A DNA stretch of 64,000 nt from contig NW_024704742.1 in the NCBI RefSeq assembly GCF_018977255.1, forward strand, positions 78,866,001-78,930,000, read 5' to 3'. Shown here piece by piece: positions 50,011 through 61,035 of this stretch. The notes under the pieces are model-generated. The model worked only from the letters and a program-made list of their open reading frames with translations. It was not told the DNA's origin and did no database searches. This DNA comes from Callorhinchus milii. Lineage: Eukaryota. Each line of letters starts with the position of its first letter. The first letter of the stretch is position 1. A program made the translations under genes and the position numbers.

Positions 50011-52163
50011 AGAGGAGAATGTAAAGTTAAACAGAGAAAAGTACAAAATGGAGGTCAAATAGCTAGGACATATAATAACACAGAAAGGGTTAAAAATGGA
50101 TCCAAAGAAGGTTGAAGCAATAACAAAAATGCCAGCACCTCAGGACGAATGGAAATGGTAAACTGGCTAGCGCAGTTTATCTCGAATGTGACAGAATTCA
50201 TGGGACCTATAAAGGAATTGGTCAAAGCAGATAGTGAATTTTCCTGGGGGAAAAACAGCAGATGGCATTCAATAACATGAAAGAAGCTATTACAAAAACC
50301 CCTGTATTAAAGTTTTATGACAAAAGATACAGTAAAGATATCAGTAGATGCAAGAAAACAGGATTAGGGCAGGTTTATGGGTGGCCTTAATATAAAAAGA
50401 GGAAGTATTTGCTTAAGCATCATGAGCGGGTATTGTCAAAAACAGAACAAAACTATGCACAAATAGAAAAAGAGTGTCTCGAGTTACTTTTTGTGTGTGA
50501 GAGATTCAAAAGATAATAAAGAATGATCACAAGCCATTAGACACATTTTTTAAAAAAGGCCTCAACAAAACACACCTGAGGTTACAAAGAATGTGTAGAA
50601 ATATGAAATAGGATTGAAATATAAACAAGGAGAAAGTTTCTATGTAGGAGATACACTGAGCAGAGCAATGAGTCAAAAAGGAAATGAAGAAGTTAAAAGA
50701 CTAGAAAAGGAAATAGTAATGACCAAGAGATAGCAAAAGCAACAAAACAAGAAAAAGATCTAAAAGAAGCCACAAGTAGAGATGTAGTAATTGCAACCAT
50801 CAAGAACATATTACAAACTGGATGGCCTGAAAACAAGAAAGATTCTCCAGGGTAAGTTAGACCATAGTGGGAACACAGACAGGAGTTCTTTCAATAAAAA
50901 GGAAAAAAGTATAGAGGGGAGAGAATAGAAATACCAAAGAAATTAAGAGAGACATTTATGAAGAAGATACATGAGGGATACTGGGGAGTGGAAAGAGCCA
51001 AGTGAAGTGCTAGAGAAATAGTATTCTGGCCCAGCATAAATAAACAAGTAGAAGACTACATGGAGAAATGTGACATAAGGAGAATCATGAGCCAATCATG
51101 CAGCTTTAGAAACCATAGCAAGCTTGGCCAAAAGTAGGAACAGACTTGTTTTATGACAAAGAAAAGAACTATCTAGTAGTTGTGGATCACATGTCCTGTT
51201 ATTTTGAATTACCTGACATGATGGTAGAAATGGAGATTTTTGCGTGGTATGGAATACCAGAAATAGTTATAAGCAACAACCGACCACAATTTGTAAATGG
51301 TCAATATAGGAAATTTTTAAAGGTTTGGGGAATTGGACATAAAGCACAGAACAGCATCCGTGGGATATCCACGGAGCAACGGGATGGTGGAGAGTACAGT
51401 GGAAACAATGAAGAAAACGTTGAGGAAAGCAGAAAACGCAAAAGAAAATGAACATTTAGCAATTTTAATGTACCAAAACACACCAAAAGAGACAAATGAA
51501 AGATCACCGGCAAAAATTTTAATGTCAAGACGATTAAGGGACAGATTAATATGCGGAGAAAACAGATTAAACCGCAATAGCAAAGAAAGAATAGAAATCC
51601 AAATCAAAAGGGAGAAGTAAAAGAGAAAAGCTTTGAAATAAAGGAAACGGTATGGTTCAGAAAGAAGAGTATCAAAGCAGAGGGGTGGATCAAAGAGAAA
51701 ATAGTGAAACCGGATAAACAACTAAGATCATATTGGATAAACCAGATAAACAATCAAGCTCAATAGAGGAAACCGGATTCAGAAGAACATTGTGGGAGAT
51801 GAGAAAAAGAGCTACGGAGGACAAGGAAGATCAACAACAAGAGATGACCAAAGATGGACCAGAGGAAAGAGAGACAAAGTGGACAAGATTGGGAAGAGAG
51901 ATTAAACGACCAGCAAGATTAATAGAATGTTAAAGAAAAACATAAAAAAGGAAGATGTTGGATATTACTTTAAGAGTAAATTGACAATTAACAAAAGGGC
52001 CAATAAGAAGAAGGCCAGGAAGTACAAAAGGCCATTGGGAGTGGGACGAAATGTGTGATTTAGAGTGGTGGATTATTTAGAATTTGGATTGACAAATAAA
52101 GAAGCTACTAACACACCCTTGATTTGGATTGAGTTATAACGCACCATGCATCCCACCTACACA
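50011..52163 (+). mobile_element. Decayed Ty3/Gypsy LTR retrotransposon: pol (RT end, RNase H, integrase), polypurine tract and 3' LTR
   Basis: Frame-broken motifs LGHIITQKGLKMDPKKVEAI, QNYAQIEKECL, DHKPL, DTLSRA, IHEG..GVE...FWPSI, KVGTDLF, YGIPEIVISNN.PQF, YPRSNGMVE. Purine tract aaaaaaggaaga directly before TGTTG at 51956. LTR has AATAAA and ends ..CA at about 52161-52163. Confidence 0.9.
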
Positions 52164-52462
52164 TGGAAATTTCCACGTATTGGAGTGAATTATGCACACC
52201 ATCCCTGGAGGGACACATCCTGTTTTCCTAAATCCAGAGAAAATTAGGCTCAAATTGTCTTGGGGCCTCCAGAGTGTGCGTTGGAATACTGCTGGATTTC
52301 AACCAACTAAAACGGCATAGCTAGTCATTGACAAACAGTTTCAGAGGTCTGCCCACACAAGCAGAACTCATTGATCTTAGCAAATCATTGATCTGAGGTT
52401 AGACAAAACTTCAAAGGACTAATTTGGTTGGAGGTGTGAATAAACACTACCATTGTCTTTGA

Positions 52463-53450
52463 TACAACAACAACAAATTACATTTGCTACAGTCAGGGAT
52501 CTGCATCTGAGCTGGTGGTTGAGATCAGAAGGGGTGGAGGGCGGGGAGGGTAGATGTAAGATGATGACTGAAGGCATGGTCAAAGAGATAGGTCTTGAAG
52601 TAGGCAAGGGAGGGGATGAGGCAGAGGGACTGTGGGATGGAGTTCCAGAGGTTGGGGGTAGAAAGGCTGAAGGCATGCCCACCAATAGTGGGGTGGGCAG
52701 GGTGGGGGACATAAAGCAGGCCAGAGCCCACTGAGTGGAAGGTGCAGGCAGGTTGGTAGGAGGTTAGGAGGTCACAGAGATAAGGGGGAACAAGACTGTG
52801 GAGGGCTTTGAAGGTGAAGACCAGGATCTTGAACTGTATCCTCTGAGTGATGAGGAGCCAGTGGACCTGGGCAAGATAGGGGTGATAGGGTTGCAGAGCC
52901 TGGTGCAGGAGAGGACATGGGCTGCTGAGTTCTGGATGATTTGCAGCCTGTGGAGGGAGGAGTTGGGGAGGCCGACAAGCAGGGAGTTTGCTTAGTGGAG
53001 CCTGGATGTGATGAATGCCTGGATGAGGGTCTCAGTGGCCTGCGGAAAGTTGCGGAGCTGGGCAATGTTGTGGAAGTGCGGAAAGGTGGAGCTGGTCATG
53101 GCACGGTTGTGAGGGATGCAGGAAAGTTAAAGTTCGAACATGACGCAGAGGTTTCCATATTGGCTCTATGAGATGTAGAATGTGTCCATGAAGGGAGATG
53201 CTGTCAGCGCCCAAGGTATGGAGATGCTGATGGGAGCCAAGCAGGAAGGCCTCGGTCTTGTTGACATTCAACTGAAGAATGTTAGCTCTCATCCAATACT
53301 TGATGTCTGACAGGCAGTCTGTGAGGACAGTAATGGTCCTGGAATCAAGTGTGGAGAAGTAGATTTGGGTGTCATCCGCATACATGTGGAAGTTGACCCC
53401 ATGTCTACAGATGATGTCACCAAGACGGAGCAAGTATATGTTGAAAAATG
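52463..53450 (-). mobile_element. 5'-truncated decayed L2
   Basis: ORF 53032..53460 contains [15 protein letters not shown] 52525..52731 contains LWNSIP. (caa)n tail at about 52465. Confidence 0.9.
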
Positions 53451-54706
53451 AGACAATCATAAGGCCTTAGCTAATTTGCACCTGAGTTTGATCTGTTTGG
53501 ATAAAGTACTCTACTAGATACATTATTGAATGCAAGTGTTTTTTTTGCCCACCCACTCTCTTCCCCCCCAACTCACACAATCATTCACAGTAATTTAATA
53601 GTTGTTTTTTTTATGAAAAATATTATCATGCCCAATCTCAAGAGAACATAATTCCAATTGCAGCAAAAAATATTATTTTGAGCTTCCTACCTGAGACTGC
53701 TATAGTAGTACTGAATCAGGCTCACTAAGAATGTATCTCTACCTCAGCTCCACAGGACAATCCATAATGAGATTTATAATATCTCCTAAGAGGCATTGAG
53801 AACAATGTTCAGGTGAACTTCTCAGACTGTATACTAATTTCAATTGCTAAGTATCGTAAAGATGCAGCTACATAACCTAAGACTGTTAGGCAAGGCTGAC
53901 AGCTAGTTATCAATCAACATCGACTGAATCCTAGGTTGTTTTATTGGATATTCATTAAAGGGCAACTCCTTGTAAACCATATAGACATTTTACAATGTTT
54001 ATGTATGTTGATACTGGAATAAAGCACCAGAATAAATATCCCATTACTAGCTACCACCTGCTGGATTACAGTAATTTTATTATAATTGAAAATAAAAAGA
54101 AACTGGTAAGGTGTGGTAGATAAAACTGCTTCCTGAATAACTAGTTGCAATTGTTGTAAAGACATTTGCCTACAAAACACAGTTATTCCACTTTGCAGTA
54201 ATTCTGTGAAGTGCTTTGAGACATTTTCCCACCTTGAAATTAGGCTGTATCAAATGTAAGGGTTATTCTTATCTTAATTTTGTAAACATCTATCAGATCC
54301 GATGAAATCTACCTTCCCTTCATCATTACTTGGATGTACTCATCACTAGATTAGAGGATAATGTGTGCATCAATTCCAATAGCCATGTGCAAAACAGGTT
54401 ACGATGGCACTGAGTCTTTGAGCAATGCCTTCCTTGTAACTGCTAAAATTTTCTTTGAGCTGATCCTTTGACTGGATATGTAACACAATTGGTTTTAATT
54501 TACCAGTTGTGCAAACCATGTTCAATCAGATGTTTGTAGAGTGAATTTCCGGTGATAAATATATAATCAACAATCAATGGGAAATGGTTGCAAAATCACC
54601 TGAAATCCTTTTTCAGAAGTTGTTACTGCTTTACACATGCTTAACCCAAATTGCAAATTAGATACCAAAGTTACTTAAGCATTAGACGAGTTCAGGATGT
54701 GCTCAC

Positions 54707-54849
54707 CTGTTCAACAGTTTCTAGTGATGATAAGAAAGAAGCAATCTTTGAATTCAGCGTGGTTCTCATAAGACGGATTTTACCAGATGACTCTGTAGCC
54801 TGAGACAAGGAGATCTTGGATTTGCTGAGTTCAGATGTTAAATGATCCA
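54707..54849 (-). CDS. Internal exon of laminin alpha-like gene: end of coiled-coil region, (x)DHLTSELSKSKISLSQATESSGKIRLMRTTLNSKIASFLSSLETVEQ
   Basis: Minus-strand acceptor ttttttcacag and donor gtgagc. 143 nt, phase 1 in and phase 0 out, open. Heptad-like helical peptide that joins in frame to the exon at 33007. Confidence 0.75.
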
Positions 54850-55183
54850 CTGTGAAAAAAAGCATCAGAAAATTTTCAATGCAAATGTGGAAGAAAAAAG
54901 TCAAACTAAACACAATGATTGATGATAGCTGCAACATGGAACATTGGAATATCTGGATTTTATTATTGTAATGTTGCTGTGATATGCTGCAGTAACATTA
55001 TTAGTGGCACAGAAATCATGCACCCCTTCTCCCCCTCCCTATTCCATTAGTGACAAGGTAGAATGTTTTCAAAAGCTCAAGCATGTTTGCAATAAACTAC
55101 CATGTTTGCAAGAGCTTGTAGGAAGTTAGCATGTTTGAATAATCCAGCACGTTTACAACGCACTAGCATATAGCTATCAAAAG

Positions 55184-55495
55184 TGGAGTCCTGTAGCTCA
55201 GTGGTTAGAGCACTCGGAGACCTGAGTTCAATTCCAGGCAGGGCGAAACCTTGGGCAAGTTTCCTTATTCCACACGCCTAATAATAATCCCTCCAAAACC
55301 AAAAACAATAATAAATTGTTCATTTTCAATCTACGACTGTTTGTGGGACATTGCTCTGCGCAATTGGCTGCCGCGTTCGCTCACAAATATACAGTCAATT
55401 CTCTTTACAGTGTGTTCTGTGAAGCGCTTTGGGACGTCCTCCCGACGTGAAAAGCGCTATATCAAATGCGAGGATTATTATTATTATTATTATTA
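55184..55495 (+). mobile_element. Young tRNA SINE with the anticodon-arm segment deleted
   Basis: Reads cactcg|gagacc instead of cactcgctttgcaagcgagagacc. Flanked by tatcaaaag and tattaaaag (possible TSD). Confidence 0.9.
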
Positions 55496-55949
55496 AAAGA
55501 GTATATGAGGAATATGAGCATCAGACAAGATTAATAATAATAACACTTCTTGCATTGCATTCAATGTAGCGTCTTTCATGTGGGGAGGACATCTCAAAGA
55601 GCTTCACAGGATAAACGGTAAAGTACAGTGACTGTGTGTTTTGCAGTTGATAGAGTGTAATGAAGTCCAGGGAGATTTGGAAATGACATGAGGATCTAAC
55701 CCAAAAACAAAATGTACTTAGGAATAAGGCAATTTTTATCGCCAAGTCTAAGTTCGACCTGAAATTTTCCATCCTTTCAAACTTTGCAAAGGTTAGATTT
55801 TAGTTAGTCTGGTGTAAGGGATGTGCAGTCGTTCATTCAATCAGCAACTGACCAGGCATTGATAGCTCAATTGACTAATGGCAAGTACTCTTAATATAGA
55901 CCCATTTTAAACACCTTGGAGTCAATTAAATGACTATCATTTAATGAAA

Positions 55950-56240
55950 TGCCTCTGTTTACCCAGCAGTAAGTAGGAACCCGGTTGTTACTCAAATGGC
56001 GTATCGCTTTCTGGGCATAATAATCCCTCCAAAACAAACAAGCAAACAATAAATTTGATCACTCAATCCATGACTCAATCCGGGACATTGCTGTGCGCAA
56101 TTAGCTGCCACATTTTTACACAAAATACAGTCAATCCACTTTACAATATATCCTGTGTAGTGCTTTGAGATGTTTCAACGACATGATAAGGCTCTGTATC
56201 AAATGCAAGGATTATTATTATTATTACTATAATTATTATT
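55950..56240 (+). mobile_element. Longer-subfamily SINE fragment
   Basis: gcctctgtttacccagcagtaagtaggaacccggttgtt, then the Deu block and (att)n tail. Confidence 0.8.
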
Positions 56241-57914
56241 AAATGGGCATGGGTAAAAATTATACCTGGGAAATGCTTTCATTTTCCTGATGACAAGGAA
56301 TGCCAGTTTGCCCTGTTCACTAGTCTTCTTTATCATTTATCTTCTTCTTCTATACTAATAAAATAACAATATCTGCCTGCGCTTCGAGAAGGATCTCAAT
56401 AACTGATTGATGTAGAGACATAATTTATACCTCATCGGAAGGTCTTGCATCTGGGAGTGACATGGGGATATTTGTTTTCAGGTATCTCCTATCGCTCATG
56501 AGTTATTTTTAGTTTTGCAGCTACACCTAATGGCCGACTAGTCAAAGTGGCGCTGTGGCATTGTGCGTCACAGAGCACCTACGTATGTACGCACACACCA
56601 CACACTACACACAATTATGATGGAATGGCAGGAAATTTCTGAGGCTACAGTCCCACACCTGATGGCCACGTCGACTGAATCTATGGCATCCTGCTTCACA
56701 GAGCACACACGTAGTCAAGCAGAGGGATCAAAATAATGAACACAGACGAAGCTAAGCCATGGCAACAACAATAAAATTAAATTTTTAAAGCGCCGAGTCC
56801 TCCCACAGGAGGATATAAGTATAAAGATCAAATGTTTATCTGTGTGTCAATCTACATTCCACATTGGATCCTTTGGTTGCAAGCAAAGCTGCAATAGGTA
56901 CAGCGAGGACAATATAAAATACAGGATTTACGATAACTGAATTCTAAAAGTTCTGACTCCAAAACTATACTGAATTTACTCCTTAGCTGAAATGGATAGC
57001 ATTAGAAAATACGATCAGCAAAAAAAATTGCTTAAAAATTTCTGTTCTTCTATCTGCTCTAAAGGTGGGGAAACGGCCAGTAAAGTGAGTACGATGTATT
57101 TCCAAGATAATTTCACCACCCACAGGATCAACATTTCACATGTGCAAGACATTATTTTGCACAGTAAACATGTGGGTGTAGATATGAAGAAGATGGATGG
57201 TGCAACTCAGAACCAAATGGAACAACACCCTAAGCCCACGCAACCTTCATTTTTCAAGAGTAATGAATGTCAAATTCACTTGAAACAATCTATATAAAGG
57301 ACATTAAAATTTTAACATGCATGTCTGTAAAACAGGACTGACTATCAATGAACTGAAGCACATTTTAAATATACTAGAGTGAAGCTAATAAGGCAATTCA
57401 TTTTCTTTTGAATGTCTTTGAGCAGGCATTTCCATAACAGTGCCTCAGGATCCTTACGTTCCTAATATTTTTTGCTGATTAAATCCTTCTTAAATAATTT
57501 CAGTCAATACATCCTTTGTAATCATCAGAATAAAAACCTTGCACATATATTTGTCATCTCTTCTGAGGTCAATGAAATTCACTGTAAGAGTAGTACTTCA
57601 AAAATTATTAATTGGGCTGATGTAATGCGTAATACCCTGGTCAAAATGTAGTCACCGGTGATATTGTAAGTTATTGGAAATTCTACCCTGGTCATTGTGT
57701 GTGGCGTGGGGGTCGTCTGTCAAACATTCTGCTTCATAACAATAATAATAATAATCCTTGCATTTGATATAGCGCTTTTCACATCTTCTAGACGTCTCAA
57801 AGCGCTTCACAGAATATACTGTTAAAGTGAATTGACAGTATATTTGTGGGCGAAATGGGGCAGCCAGTCGTGGTTTGAAGTGACCAATTTTATTGTTGTT
57901 TTTTTCTTAAGGGA

Positions 57915-58195
57915 TTATTATATTAATTATAGATTATTGTGATATTAATAATATAATAATTATGATATTAATTATACATGATTGTGATATTGATTATATA
58001 ATTATGATATTAATTATACAATCATGATATTAATTATTGATGATTATGATGTTAATTAAGGTAATAAATATATTATAATAAGTTCAATATAATAAATGTG
58101 ATATTAATTATAGATAATTATGATGTTAATTATATACTAAATGTGATATTAATTATATATTATAGCAATATTAATTATAAATAATTATAATCATG
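57915..58195. repeat. AT-rich minisatellite (unit roughly tatgatattaattata(ga)t)
   Basis: About 10-12 degenerate copies of gatattaattata. Confidence 0.85.
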
Positions 58196-60189
58196 GATTG
58201 CAGAGTCTAAGGGATCGCACTACAAGTTTGCAAGAGGTTGAATTAAAATGAGGATCAGCTCCATATAAATAATAATAATAATCCTTGGGTTTGATATAGC
58301 GCTTTATCACCTCTTCGAGACTTCTCAAAGTGCTTCACAAAATATATTGTAAAGTAAATTGACTGGATATTTTGTGAGTGAAACTCTGAAATGTCATGAT
58401 GTCTGGAGTGGACAACTTTAATGCTTCAGGCCCAACTGCTTTGCAATGTTGGATGGTGAGAAGGGCGGTGAACCTCGCATGTTCACCGATCACCAGCTAG
58501 ACACGACCGAGATGTAGAGAGGGAGAGAATTTATGTCAATTGCTAATATCACATGTGACAACAATCATATCACCTGTTCCATCTTTCACACCATGGTGAT
58601 TCTAATCGCTGAGATTTCTCATTTAATTTTAATAACTGTCATTGATCTCCACGGTTCACAAGACTTGAAGAAAAAATTCCCTGCATTCCATAAGATTTCC
58701 TTAAACTGGTTCTGTTCACATCAGAACCACATCTCTTCACATCGCTGAAGCACCCATTAAGTAGCTGGACATTTGCATCTGAGAGAACTTTATCTCTGCT
58801 CTCACTAATAGTCCAATTAGAGCTGCCGAATGCAATTTAGTTGAAAAGAAACGTCAATTATGATGGAATGGCAGGAAATTTCTGAGGCTACAGTCCCACA
58901 CTGTCTTCAGGACACATGATATCTGTTTGCTTATAGACACAAATCAAAAGAAAGATTCAGAATGCATATCAATCTTATCAGCTTCATACTGAATGAGTAA
59001 TAAAATATCTCCTTTCCTTTCACCACATGTTTTGATGACTATACCAAGTGTTGTTAAATGTTGTTAAACATTACATATAATTTAAATTAAATAAATTAGG
59101 AAGGGAACTGATTGGTACAGAACTTTTGCATATGATCCTTTTACGTTAGGAAATAGATCAGAGCCAAACTCAGGCTGACAGTGTCAAAGTTTTCTCTCTC
59201 GTTTGGTCCAAAGATCACAGATGTAAGGAGTTAGTGTCATTTCAACCCAGTTCTTACAATCAATAATAAGAATAACCCCTGTATTCGATATAATGTCTCA
59301 TTATGTGCCAGTTGGTAGCATGGTAGAATCAGAAGGTCACGAGTTCAACCCATGTCAGGAATTTGAACTCACAGTCTAGGCTGACATTTTAATGCAGTCT
59401 AGGGTTGGGTTGAAATGTTAGAAATGCCCTTCTTTCGATTTTTCGGAATTTCTAAAAAAATTAATAAGTGAATTCTGATTAAAGTAGAACGATTCCTATA
59501 TTTTTCCCTAACCTAATATTCAAGCATCTTACATTCATTAACCATGTATTATATCAAACAAACAGATGTTGGTACAAATTATCTAGGAAATATTTCCAAA
59601 TTGGTTATAGATCTTAATGAGCAATTCATGGTGCGTGCATCCATGAATTTGTTTAACAAACAGATGTTGTTGCACCGTATTTAGTGCTTACGTTTGAATT
59701 CCAAAAATGTTTGAAAACAGTTTTTCAAATCAATCTGATGAATTTAATAATTTATTGCTCTCAGACTTTGTTCATAAAGTAGTGTGAAACTATTTTTAAA
59801 AGAAAATAAGAATAATTGATGGCAAGAGAAAACGATAAGCACATGAGCAGCAAAGATAAGCACCTGAGAACCACATAAACATAAAGAATTCTGACAGTCC
59901 AGTGCAGTGGTAGAGTGCTTTGCATTATTAGAGGTGCAGTATTTTGGGTGAGATGTTAAACTGAGGTTCTGTCTGCCTGTCAAGATGGTTTGAAAAGTGA
60001 ACAGAGCTTCTCTCAATATTTTCCCAAATAATTTCACTCCTTGGCTATTTGTGGAATATTGCTATGTGCAAATTGGCCACTGCGTTTGCCCACAACATGC
60101 AACAGTCACACCACTTACACAGTATATTCTGTGAAGCACTTTGAGGTAACTTAGCAATGTGAAAAGCACTATAACAAATGCTAGTATTA

Positions 60190-61035
60190 GGCAGATTAAG
60201 TGAATGGACAAAACTATGGCAGATGAAATTCAATGTGGCTAAGTGTCAGGCCATTCAATAGGAATCCAAAAATAGCAAAACAGAATATTTTCTAAATGGT
60301 GAGAAACTAAGAACTGTGGTGGGCCAAAGGGATTTGGGTGTCCATGTACGCAAATCACTAAAAACAAACTCACAGGTATAAAAAGTTATCGCAAAGCTAA
60401 CGGGCTGTTGGCCTTTATCTTAAGCGGGCTGGAATATAAAGAGAGGAAATTATGCTTCAACTGTATAAAGCCTTGGCCAGACACCATCTGGAGTACTGCA
60501 TTCAGTTTTGGGCACCACATCTCAGGAAGGATATATTGGCTCTGGAAGTGGTACAGTGCAAATTCACCAGAATAATACCAGGGCCTAAAGCATTAAATTA
60601 TGAGGACAGGTTGCATAAACTTGGTCTGTATTCACTTGAGTTTAAGAGGTTGAGGGATGATCTAATTGAGGTTTTTAAAATAATAAAGGGATTCAATAGG
60701 GTAGATACAGAAAGACTATTTTCTCTAGTGGGAGAATCCAGAACAAGGGAACATACTCTTAAAATTAGAACTAGGCCAATTAGGAGTGAAATCAGGAGGC
60801 AGTTTACACCCAAAGGATAGTGGAAATCTGGAACTCTCTCCCCTGAGAGGGTGTGGGTGCTGGATCCATTCAAATTTTCAAGACTGAGGTGGATAGATAT
60901 ATGTTATGGAAGGGTATCAAGGGATATGGGGCAAAGGTGGGGGATTGAAGTTGAGATACCTGATTTTAGTCATGATTTTATAGAATGGCGGAACAGGCTC
61001 AAGAGGCTGAATGGCCCACTCCTGTTTCTCTGTTT
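60190..61035 (+). mobile_element. CR1 LINE 3' portion (RT C-terminus and 3' UTR)
   Basis: ORF 60452..60820 LYKALARHHLEYCIQFWAPHLRKDI...YEDRLHKLGLYSLEFKRLRDDLIEVFKI. Confidence 0.92.

Noticed and set aside
57915..58195. Repeat array that might suggest CRISPR
   Set aside because: Degenerate AT minisatellite with no unique spacers, in eukaryotic context with no cas genes.
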